From a virus (lineage: Duplodnaviria > Heunggongvirae > Uroviricota > Caudoviricetes): a stretch of DNA of 10,655 bases. The stretch covers positions 1-10,655 of IMG/VR virus record IMGVR_UViG_2690316115_000011; one strand, given 5' to 3'. The notes under the pieces are model-generated. The model had not been told where the DNA came from, made no database searches, and worked only from the letters and a program-made list of their open reading frames with translations. Below are positions 1-6,723 of this stretch, in pieces (position 1 is the first letter of the stretch; every line of letters starts with the position of its first letter). Position numbers and translations under genes: made by a program.

Positions 1-69
1 ATTTTCAAGAACCGTTCTGACAGCTTCGGCTTTGAACTCTTTAGAGTAACGTTGGGTTTTTCTGCTCAT
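1..69 (-). CDS. IS3-family transposase OrfA, N-terminal fragment (runs off window)
   Basis: Reverse complement of 1-69 translates to MSRKTQRYSKEFKAEAVRTVLEN, a typical IS3-family OrfA helix-turn-helix N-terminus. AAGGAG sits 8 nt upstream of the ATG (revcomp of 67-69). Not in the ORF track because it is partial. Confidence 0.7.
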   Translation of the reverse strand, partial: MSRKTQRYSKEFKAEAVRTVLEN

Positions 70-133
70 TATTAGCTCCTTCTGATGCCATTCTATTTCA
101 GGAAGGAGTGTCCGTTAAACTCAGGCTACCTCA
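1..133 (-). mobile_element. Terminal ~133 bp of an IS3-family insertion sequence (IS600-like); element continues past the window start
   Basis: Minus strand of 70-133 reads TGAGGTAGCCTGAGTTTAACGGACACTCC..., a TGA-initiated terminus with a GGACAC core as I recall for IS3-family inverted repeats. It is followed by an AAGGAG SD and the transposase OrfA start. The boundary at 133 is inferred; 123 is an alternative. Confidence 0.55.
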
Positions 134-814
134 GAATGCTTTCCCTACAGATTCAGCCAGGCGACTAAGGTGATAGTTCGTCAGTTTATCCAGTTCATGA
201 TGCGCGGCGCGCACAGCAGTAAGCAGGCTCTGAAGGTAACTGTCCTCTGTGTCCATCTCCATACGGATCACGTTATTGCGTTGTTCTGGTGTGGCATGAT
301 GCCGGTATTTTCCATCTTCATCTTTGCTGAATAAGAAGAGGTGAAGGAAGCGATGAGTAAGGCTCAGAGTGGCGACGGGAATTTCACACTCAGAACAGTC
401 ATCGTCGCTGTCCGGGGATTCGTTTTTCTCCACATCATCCGGAATAGTTCCGTCCGGGTCATCGTTGTCATCGCCAGCAGTTGTGGCATCTTCACCGTTG
501 ATGTTGTCATTGAAGGGTATAGCCATCATGGTGATGCCATCTTCCCCGCCTTTTTCATAGCGGTTGCAGAATTCAGTATCAAACACGCCTTCCGGTGGAA
601 GGTCATTCACGACGGGGAAATTTACGCGAACGGGTTTTTTGAAATCATCCTCGTCGTAGCCTGCATCGTCCATGGCTGCAATGCAGCGGGAAACTGCGAC
701 AGAAAGTTTTCTGGCATCAGCCCAGAAAAAACCGCCTTTGATGCCAAGGCGTTTTCTGACTTTATCGTTTTTTGCTTCGCAGTGTAGTGCAAAAGTCTGT
801 TTATCAGCGCTCAT
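131..814 (-). CDS. Hypothetical, strongly acidic protein (227 aa as called); 3' end probably truncated by the IS insertion
   Basis: ORF track. Long D/E-rich central segment (DDAGYDEDDF...DDNDDPDGTIPDDVEKNESPDSDDD). Its stop codon TGA (revcomp of 131-133) is the first three bases of the putative IS terminus. Confidence 0.55.
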   Translation of the reverse strand: MSADKQTFALHCEAKNDKVRKRLGIKGGFFWADARKLSVAVSRCIAAMDDAGYDEDDFKKPVRVNFPVVNDLPPEGVFDTEFCNRYEKGGEDGITMMAIPFNDNINGEDATTAGDDNDDPDGTIPDDVEKNESPDSDDDCSECEIPVATLSLTHRFLHLFLFSKDEDGKYRHHATPEQRNNVIRMEMDTEDSYLQSLLTAVRAAHHELDKLTNYHLSRLAESVGKAF

Positions 815-893
815 TGTATTTAAACCTCTGGCTGGATTAGAATTAGAGGCCCTTTGTCTGATTTCTCCGAATACGGTGACGCAGGGAGAAATC

Positions 894-924
894 CGGTAGC
901 CTGCGCTGCCGGATTTTTATTTCA
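894..924 (+). terminator. Possible plus-strand intrinsic terminator (hairpin plus T-tract) between two minus-strand genes
   Basis: ccggtagcctgcgctgccgg folds as an 8-bp stem (one G-U pair) with a 4-nt loop, followed by atttttatttc on the plus strand. No T-tract in the minus orientation. Confidence 0.35.
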
Positions 925-1308
925 GTGGAAGGTTGCCTGGTTTGCTGTTTTGTGAGTTGTTTTTCCCTTTTCGTGCTGGCATTCAGAGCAGTCGCACTCA
1001 GAATTTTCTCTTGCAAATTCAAGAGCCTGCGCCAGTGTATGGATTTGTTGTGCTCCAATGTTGCTTCTGACGACTTCACATGCAGCATGAATATATGGGC
1101 TTGGTGTTTTGCCATTTAACCCACATGAAACCAAACGACTGTCTTTATATTCGTTATTTCCAACTTCTGTAAGCACTGAAAAAGAAAATACAAAGTCGAT
1201 TTTGTATTCTTTGCATATTTTACTGATGCGTTCTGCAATTTCTTTGAGTTCATTTATTGCATCAGGACTGGTTTCGGAAAATATTTCATTTTGCGCAAGT
1301 TCTTTCAT
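922..1308 (-). CDS. Hypothetical protein, 128 aa, with C-terminal Cys cluster (CDCSECQHE)
   Basis: ORF track; ATG at revcomp 1306-1308 with a weak GGAA SD. No family recognised. Confidence 0.5.
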   Translation of the reverse strand: MKELAQNEIFSETSPDAINELKEIAERISKICKEYKIDFVFSFSVLTEVGNNEYKDSRLVSCGLNGKTPSPYIHAACEVVRSNIGAQQIHTLAQALEFARENSECDCSECQHEKGKTTHKTANQATFH

Positions 1309-1381
1309 TTTGATTTTTCCGTGATTGATAATTAATGCGGTTTTTATTTCGGCAGATATGGAAGGTGTATTTTATTACTCG

Positions 1382-1601
1382 TCACAACGACTCTGCTTTT
1401 ACGGGTAAGCCATCGCGCCCGATGAAAACTTTAATCATGCAGTCGGTAATGCATGTTTTTGTTGTGAAGTTACGAATATAGAGTTTTCTCTTTTCAATAT
1501 TGTTTGCTGAAGCGATATATGTCCGACCTTCATGAAGAACATAATCGCCAGGCGTCACGCACTGACGTGGTATTTCATCAGTTCCGAAGTGATGAGCAAT
1601 C
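1382..1601 (-). CDS. Small protein, 73 aa from the internal ATG ([15 protein letters not shown]...); possibly a Kil-type host-division inhibitor (KilR-like)
   Basis: The ORF track start is a GTG; the ATG at revcomp 1599-1601 is preceded by GGAG at 8-nt spacing. The size and position in the leftward early operon of a lambdoid prophage match Rac KilR (73 aa), but I cannot verify the sequence from memory. Confidence 0.45.
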
Positions 1602-2060
1602 ATAATTATCTCCATTTTCACAAATGAACTTTGTTGATGCGGTGCCTGGTGCCTCCAGGTGGCGTTAACCAGTTAACAATTAACGCCGGGTCAGGGGACG
1701 ATGACTTTCCGTGACATCCTGTCGGTTTAACTGTTCCGCGTGCGCTGAGCCGCATTCACCGCATCACAAAATTCACTTTAAAAAGGGCGGACATCAGCAA
1801 TCGGCAAACCGATATCCGCCAAGGGTTACACACAGCAATGTTGTTATTCACAACCGGAAGCGCACGGTCGAAGAAATCTAACGACAATCCTTCTATGGGA
1901 AAGAGTCTTCGCCTCGCGCTTTCGTGTAGTACCCTGGCTTTTCAGGGTAATGTCTGTTCAGTAAAGTGAGAGTGCCGGAACTCACCCGTGTCCGGCGCAC
2001 GATCTCCACCTCACCCGTGGAGAACTCCTCAACTACAAACCCCGTAAGGAGAGTGAATTT

Positions 2061-2270
2061 ATGACACAAGAAGAAAAAGTGATGTTTCTGATGCGGCTGG
2101 CTGTCGATACCTACAACACACAATTCAGGGAGAAAGATATACCTCAAAAGGCAGTTCCTGCCGCGGTAGATAAGGGCGGTGCTATTGCCGTATTTTACGA
2201 TGCATTTGAATCATTTTTTGATGAAAAACTCGACGCTGTTAGCGACTTCGGAACATCGAGTAATAAATAA
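2061..2270 (+). CDS. Hypothetical 69-aa protein, convergent with the leftward operon
   Basis: ORF track. Strong SD AAGGAG at 2046-2051, 9 nt before the ATG. Non-repetitive, protein-like composition. Its 3' end overlaps the 3' end of the minus-strand gene 2239-2598 by 32 bp. Confidence 0.45.
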   Translation: MTQEEKVMFLMRLAVDTYNTQFREKDIPQKAVPAAVDKGGAIAVFYDAFESFFDEKLDAVSDFGTSSNK

Positions 2271-2598
2271 CGTTCATTACGGTTCTTAAACAACAATCAG
2301 TGGGCTTGATGTTGTTCTTTTCAAGCTCACTTGCCATCACTTCCATTATTCTTGCGCTTACACGAATTATTTGGTGGCTGTAAGCGACGCAACTATCGCT
2401 GATATTGCTGTTTATTTCTATTACTTCATTTTCACTGGCGGCGCTAAATTTGGATATGCCGTTTCCATTGTCCTGTTTCAGTGCTGTTTCCGCTATCCGG
2501 ATGCGTTCCTGCGTTGCGGAATTTGGGCTAAGTCGATAAACCTGTCTGGCATCTTCCAGAAGCAGGGCGATAATGTGCTTCAGTTCTGTTTCATTCAT
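2239..2598 (-). CDS. Hypothetical protein, ~119 aa (start moved to internal ATG, MNETELKH...)
   Basis: ORF track 2239-2619; GGAG lies 7 nt upstream of the ATG at revcomp 2596-2598, so that start is preferred. No family recognised. Confidence 0.5.
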   Translation of the reverse strand: MNETELKHIIALLLEDARQVYRLSPNSATQERIRIAETALKQDNGNGISKFSAASENEVIEINSNISDSCVAYSHQIIRVSARIMEVMASELEKNNIKPTDCCLRTVMNVIYYSMFRSR

Positions 2599-2629
2599 AG
2601 TTAACTCCGGTAGTTGCAATTTATTAATA

Positions 2630-3343
2630 TCAGGCGGTCAGCTCTTTAAGCTTCTGAACTGCTTTATTCATTTCATCCATACAGTCGATGAATTCGTCCA
2701 GTTTAAGCTGCATTTTTCCGGCGGCCTGAAGGATTTCAAGTTTTAAGGGCGCAAGTTTTTTGTTGAATGCATCATCTTCCTGGCGTTTTTTCTCCGCAAT
2801 TTCGGCGGCTTTCAGCAATTCTTCAGCCTGTTTTCTGAGTATTTCTGGTGAAGGTGAAACTGCTTTGAGGTTATTCATTTCAGGTTCCTGTTGTTGCAGA
2901 ATTAATTTGTTGCATTCTCTGCGTGAGCGTTTCATTGCAGATTCGCACTTCTTGCAATAAATGGCTCTCCCGTCACGCTTGCTGGCATCTGAATAAAAAT
3001 CATTGACTGATTTTGTCTGCCCGCATCTGGTACATAATTTTGATTGAAGGTCCTTAATGATTGTGACGTTTCCTTCCCGCTTGGGATATCCATATTTTTT
3101 GTAGCGTAAAAAGGTTACTCCGTTACCAGAACCTTCTTTTCTGACCTTAAATACAATGATGCTTTCCCGTTTATCGATAAAATCTATGAGCTGGTTTCTC
3201 TCCTTTCCTGACAGTTCGGCAAATGTCTTAACTTTTTTAGTAACTTCCGTAAGGCGAACTCCATCAGGCATTTTTTCAACGAAGTTTTTAATCTCTGCAA
3301 GCGGACGCCATAACTTTTGCGGCAAAACTGAAGGCGTGGTCAT
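2630..3343 (-). CDS. Hypothetical protein, ~237 aa, with CxxC...CxxC zinc-ribbon-like motif and K/E-rich probable coiled-coil C-terminus; translationally coupled to N
   Basis: ORF track. On the minus strand the N stop TGA is followed directly by TTG ATG; GAGGTGA sits upstream of that ATG (revcomp 3341-3343). Motif CTRCGQTKS...YCKKCESAMK. Confidence 0.6.
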   Translation of the reverse strand: MTTPSVLPQKLWRPLAEIKNFVEKMPDGVRLTEVTKKVKTFAELSGKERNQLIDFIDKRESIIVFKVRKEGSGNGVTFLRYKKYGYPKREGNVTIIKDLQSKLCTRCGQTKSVNDFYSDASKRDGRAIYCKKCESAMKRSRRECNKLILQQQEPEMNNLKAVSPSPEILRKQAEELLKAAEIAEKKRQEDDAFNKKLAPLKLEILQAAGKMQLKLDEFIDCMDEMNKAVQKLKELTA

Positions 3344-3346
3344 CAA

Positions 3347-3730
3347 TCACCTCGCCGTCAGTTGTTTTGATTTCCGGTAGCCTGCCGCGTAAATGGCTAC
3401 GTTTGGAAGACATACACCAGTTTCTGGTTGCTTATGTCCAAACTCATTCGCGTACACAATGGCTGCTCGCTCCAGATTGTGTCTGTATTCTTTCTGTTGC
3501 CAGATCACGTCCTGTGCCATGAACTTAATTGGCTTAGCGTCTTCTATGCGCTCAGGCGTTTCGTGAGTACCTTTAGCCTGAATCTGCGCTCTGCTTAGAG
3601 TAGGGCGGTGTAATACTTCTGAACTTATTGCTTCTTCGCGGGCCAGCACGCCGTTAGCTAATGCCTTTGCCTTTAAACGCTCACGACGACGAGAACGTGA
3701 ATTGCCTTTGAACTGAGTTCTGCGTGTCAT
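3347..3730 (-). CDS. N: N-type transcription antitermination protein (non-lambda allele, Arg-rich N-terminus; resembles Stx-phage H-19B/933W-type N from memory)
   Basis: First gene downstream of pL/nutL. N-terminus MTRRTQFKGNSRSRRRERLKAKALAN is an arginine-rich motif. AGGAGG lies 6 nt upstream of the ATG (revcomp 3728-3730). 127 aa. Confidence 0.8.
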   Translation of the reverse strand: MTRRTQFKGNSRSRRRERLKAKALANGVLAREEAISSEVLHRPTLSRAQIQAKGTHETPERIEDAKPIKFMAQDVIWQQKEYRHNLERAAIVYANEFGHKQPETGVCLPNVAIYAAGYRKSKQLTAR

Positions 3731-3895
3731 ATAGACCTCCTGATGAACTTTGGTGGTGTGGTAGGTGGGAGACCCATTTCGACCTGTTTCGGCCTACTTC
3801 AATTCGGCAATAGTCCCGCAGGCCTCGCCGCTTTACGTGCGACATATTCCCGTCCATGAACCCTTCACCACACCCCAAAGTTCACTTTGGTTATT

Positions 3896-3910
3896 GCGCT
3901 TTGTCAGCGC
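3896..3910 (-). promoter_or_regulatory. nutL boxB-like hairpin (GCGCU-GACAA-AGCGC on the leftward transcript)
   Basis: Plus strand gcgctttgtcagcgc gives a 5-bp stem and 5-nt loop GACAA on the minus strand, in the pL leader between pL and N. The loop is identical to the nutR hairpin at 6074-6088. An adjacent second dyad is gattcaaatatgaatc. Confidence 0.6.
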
Positions 3911-3978
3911 CGTAGATTCATATTTGAATCGTTGTATATTCACCGCCCTGGTGAGTAGTGCGTCCTGCTGATGTGTTT

Positions 3979-4041
3979 AGTATCACCGCCAGTGGTATTT
4001 ATGTCAACACCGCCAGAGATAATTTATCACCGCAGATGGTT
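3979..4041 (-). promoter_or_regulatory. Lambda-type OL1-OL2-OL3 operators with pL promoter
   Basis: OL1 tatcaccgccagtggta (3981-3997), OL2 caacaccgccagagata (4005-4021), OL3 tatcaccgcagatggtt (4025-4041). On the minus strand the pL -35 TTGACA is revcomp of 4002-4007 and the -10 GATACT is revcomp of 3979-3984. Confidence 0.85.
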
Positions 4042-4190
4042 ATCTGTATGTTTTTTATATGGATTTATTTTTTGCAGGGTTGAGTGGCTTGGGAGGTGAT
4101 CGAGAGATCTGAATTGCGATGTTTAGTGAGTTGTATCTATTTATTTTTCAATAAATACATTTGGTTATGTGTCTTTAGGTGGGGGGGTGA

Positions 4191-4219
4191 GGCAAAGAAA
4201 ACCCGGCTCTGTGGCCGGG
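4191..4219 (-). terminator. Intrinsic terminator ending the cI-operon transcript (timm-like)
   Basis: Minus strand cccggccacagagccggg (6-bp GC stem) followed by ttttctttgcc, immediately downstream of the stop of the 253-aa gene (4228). Confidence 0.7.
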
Positions 4220-4227
4220 AATAACAT

Positions 4228-4989
4228 TTAGGAATCAAGGTCAGGTAGCATGATTTTCTCAATCAACGTCAATGCCCTTTGGTCTCGTTCAGCAAAATAT
4301 TTAGGAGCGTACTGAGGCAGCCACACTTCGTTGAAGTGTTGTTTGAAATCTGCAAGATATTCGTTTGGGTATAGACGTACCGGGAATGTCCGGCCATCTG
4401 GGTACTCATGGTTATATGTTGGGAATGTCTTCGGCTCAACCCCCCGGTTGTCACGGAGCCATTGCGAGAAAACCCTACCCTCTGAAATATCAGGGACCAT
4501 TTTTTCTGGCAGCGTATATCCGGCCTGTTCAAGTGGCGCAACCAAGTTAAACGTCAGTTCATTAAGCATAGAAAAGTGCGTATGAGGAACTCTGCCTCGG
4601 TTTGTCATATACCGCTTAAGGTGGATAGGGAGTTCGGCAGGCGCTCTTTCACCTGACATCCACTCACGCACCCATCTCGATACTTGCACTGCAAATTTTG
4701 GAGATAGCCACTGAGCTAAATTAATTGCGATGTCTGGATGAACCCAAGTCCCTTGATTCTCTGCTCTTCCGCCTTTAAATGATTGAATTAACTCCGATAT
4801 GGGAATCCCCATATCGCGTGATAATTCATCAAAAAAATCTTGTGTTGTTTTTAGTCGTGTATAGTCAGCAAGTAGCTTCCCCGCAGACTTGCACATCGCG
4901 GTGGCATTGATGTATCCGTCTTTGGTGCGAAGATGGATGACTTCTCCATCAACTTCTCTAGCGATTAATGCAAGTTGAAACTGTGTCAT
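4228..4989 (-). CDS. KilA-N/APSES-like domain protein, 253 aa, with uncharacterised C-terminal half; occupies the rexA-rexB position; candidate exclusion/abortive-infection gene
   Basis: ORF track. Start is 31 nt after the cI stop with SD AGGATGA. Residues ~1-105 show KilA-N/APSES-like motifs (INATAMCKSAGKLLADY ... GGRAENQGTWVHPDIAINLAQWLSPKFAV), comparable from memory to the yeast Mbp1 APSES core. The rest is unrecognised. Confidence 0.75.
   Translation of the reverse strand: MTQFQLALIAREVDGEVIHLRTKDGYINATAMCKSAGKLLADYTRLKTTQDFFDELSRDMGIPISELIQSFKGGRAENQGTWVHPDIAINLAQWLSPKFAVQVSRWVREWMSGERAPAELPIHLKRYMTNRGRVPHTHFSMLNELTFNLVAPLEQAGYTLPEKMVPDISEGRVFSQWLRDNRGVEPKTFPTYNHEYPDGRTFPVRLYPNEYLADFKQHFNEVWLPQYAPKYFAERDQRALTLIEKIMLPDLDS
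4795..4816. repeat. 22-bp near-palindrome cgatatgggaatccccatatcg inside the KilA-N gene (codes DMGIPIS)
   Basis: 9-bp perfect inverted arms CGATATGGG/CCCATATCG. Matches 21 of 22 positions with the palindrome at 10624-10645. Confidence 0.9.
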
Positions 4990-5020
4990 AAATCATCCTA
5001 TTACGTGAAAAATAAAACAA

Positions 5021-5737
<717 letters not shown>

Positions 5738-5744
5738 TTAAATC

Positions 5745-5808
5745 TATCACCGCAAGGGATAAATATCTAACACCGTGCGTGTTGACTGTTTTACCTCTAG
5801 CGGTGATA
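5745..5808. promoter_or_regulatory. Lambda-type OR3-OR2-OR1 operators with divergent pRM and pR
   Basis: OR3 tatcaccgcaagggata (5745-5761), OR2 taacaccgtgcgtgttg (5768-5784), OR1 tacctctagcggtgata (5792-5808). pR -35 ttgact (5782-5787) and -10 gataat (5803-5808). Confidence 0.9.
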
Positions 5809-5834
5809 ATGGTTGCATGTACTAAGGAGGTTGT

Positions 5835-6035
5835 ATGGAACAACGCATAACCCTGAAAGATTATGCAATACGCTTTGGGCAAACCAAGACGGCTAAAGAT
5901 CTCGGCGTATATCAAAGCGCGATTAACAAGGCCATTCATGCAGGCCGAAAGATTTTTTTAACTATAAACGCTGATGGAAGCGTTTATGCGGAAGAAATAA
6001 AGCCCTTCCCAAGTAACAAAAAAACAACTGCATAA
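5835..6035 (+). CDS. cro: Cro repressor (66 aa), lambda type
   Basis: [64 protein letters not shown] matches lambda Cro from memory. SD AAGGAGG before the ATG. Confidence 0.95.
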   Translation: MEQRITLKDYAIRFGQTKTAKDLGVYQSAINKAIHAGRKIFLTINADGSVYAEEIKPFPSNKKTTA

Positions 6036-6042
6036 GTAACAC

Positions 6043-6088
6043 CGCTCTTTTCACAATGGACATTCGTCCTACGTCGCTGACAAAGCGA
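6043..6088 (+). promoter_or_regulatory. nutR: boxA-like CGCTCTTT (6043-6050) and boxB hairpin UCGCU-GACAA-AGCGA (6074-6088)
   Basis: Directly after the cro stop. boxA matches the lambdoid CGCTCTT(A) consensus. boxB has a 5-bp stem and the same GACAA loop as the nutL hairpin. Confidence 0.65.
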
Positions 6089-6173
6089 GTCCCAAGATAT
6101 CTGACCAACTAAGGCCATATGCGTTTCCACGCATACCTTTCAACTAGCTATTCACTATTGGAAATCATAAGAA

Positions 6174-6470
6174 ATGACACAAACAAGTTACAGCAAACTA
6201 TCCCAGCGTGACGTTGATCGCGCAGAAACAGATTTACTCATCAACCTGTCAGCTCTGACGCAAAGGGGACTGGCAAAGATGATTGGCTGCCATGAATCGA
6301 AGGTCAGTCGTACCGACTGGCGATACATCGCGGCGATTTTATGCGCGTTCCAGATGGCATCTGATATCAGTCCGATCAGCCGGGCTTTCCAGCATGCCAT
6401 TAACGTTCATGCAAATAAAAAACGTCCGGTTGGGGCCGGACGTTCTGAGCAAATCCTGATGAATATCTGA
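6174..6470 (+). CDS. cII: CII-like transcriptional activator (98 aa), non-lambda allele
   Basis: Position after cro/nutR. Shares ESKVSRTDWR (lambda KSQISRWKRDW) and C-terminal NKKRP...RSEQI with lambda CII as recalled. Confidence 0.8.
   Translation: MTQTSYSKLSQRDVDRAETDLLINLSALTQRGLAKMIGCHESKVSRTDWRYIAAILCAFQMASDISPISRAFQHAINVHANKKRPVGAGRSEQILMNI
6413..6442 (-). terminator. oop-like antisense RNA terminator within the 3' end of cII
   Basis: Minus strand: 7-bp perfect stem cgtccgg/ccggacg with a 6-nt loop, followed by ttttttattt. Same location as the lambda oop terminator. Confidence 0.55.
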
Positions 6471-6540
6471 TATTCAGGCAGGGCATGGAGCAATACACGG
6501 GAATAATTCTGCCACATCTGGAAGAATTTCGCCAGCAACA

Positions 6541-6690
6541 ACACCAACCGCAGCAGCCTGAAGCCGATTGGGTTAACCCGGAGATACCGGGACCGTCTGT
6601 GAAGATGTGCAGTCACACCAATGTGCAGTCACACCAACCGCAGCAGCCTGAAGCCGATTGGGTTAACCCGGGAGATACCGGGACCGTCTG
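6541..6690 (+). repeat. Two ~60-bp direct repeats (6541-6599 and 6631-6690) with an embedded GGGTTAACCC palindrome; a 16-nt tandem repeat tgtgcagtcacaccaa x2 at 6606-6637
   Basis: acaccaaccgcagcagcctgaagccgattgggttaacccgg(g)agataccgggaccgtctg occurs twice, differing by one inserted g. Confidence 0.85.
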
Positions 6691-6723
6691 CGGTATGGAG
6701 TAAATCTTGTATGCGAGGGGACT

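Noticed and set aside
341-787. 148-aa plus-strand ORF (and the nested 63-aa ORF 369-560)
   Set aside because: Lies entirely antisense within the acidic 227-aa gene; S- and V-rich shadow-frame composition, no SD.
843-1119. ORFs 843-1115 (minus) and 925-1119 (plus)
   Set aside because: Overlap the better-supported 128-aa gene 922-1308 in other frames; low-complexity, Cys/Phe-rich or Arg-rich translations typical of shadow ORFs.
1893-2147. 84-aa minus-strand ORF
   Set aside because: Overlaps the SD-supported plus-strand 69-aa ORF and runs through hairpin-rich noncoding sequence; no SD.
4269-4585. Three overlapping ORFs inside the KilA-N gene (4269-4541 minus, 4331-4585 plus, 4365-4550 plus)
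   Set aside because: Alternative frames of a well-supported 253-aa gene; no start signals.
6183-6196. Possible cII-binding pRE-like motif (ACAA-N6-GCAA on the plus strand)
   Set aside because: One mismatch to the lambda TTGC-N6-TTGC pattern, and this cII is a different allele, so the lambda rule may not apply; too weak to call.
6188-6616. Minus-strand ORFs 6188-6400 and 6407-6616
   Set aside because: Antisense to cII and to the repeat region; the only minus-strand signal here is the short oop-like RNA, not a protein.
6541-6690. Possibility that the direct repeats are a CRISPR array
   Set aside because: Only two or three copies, ~60 bp long with irregular spacing, one copy inside a coding sequence, and no cas genes; not CRISPR-like.
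6485-6703. 72-aa plus-strand ORF covering the 60-bp direct repeats
   Set aside because: Its sequence is the repeat array itself (duplicated QPQQPEAD... derived from O-gene sequence) with a weak SD; more likely a by-product of the duplication than a gene. Not fully excluded.
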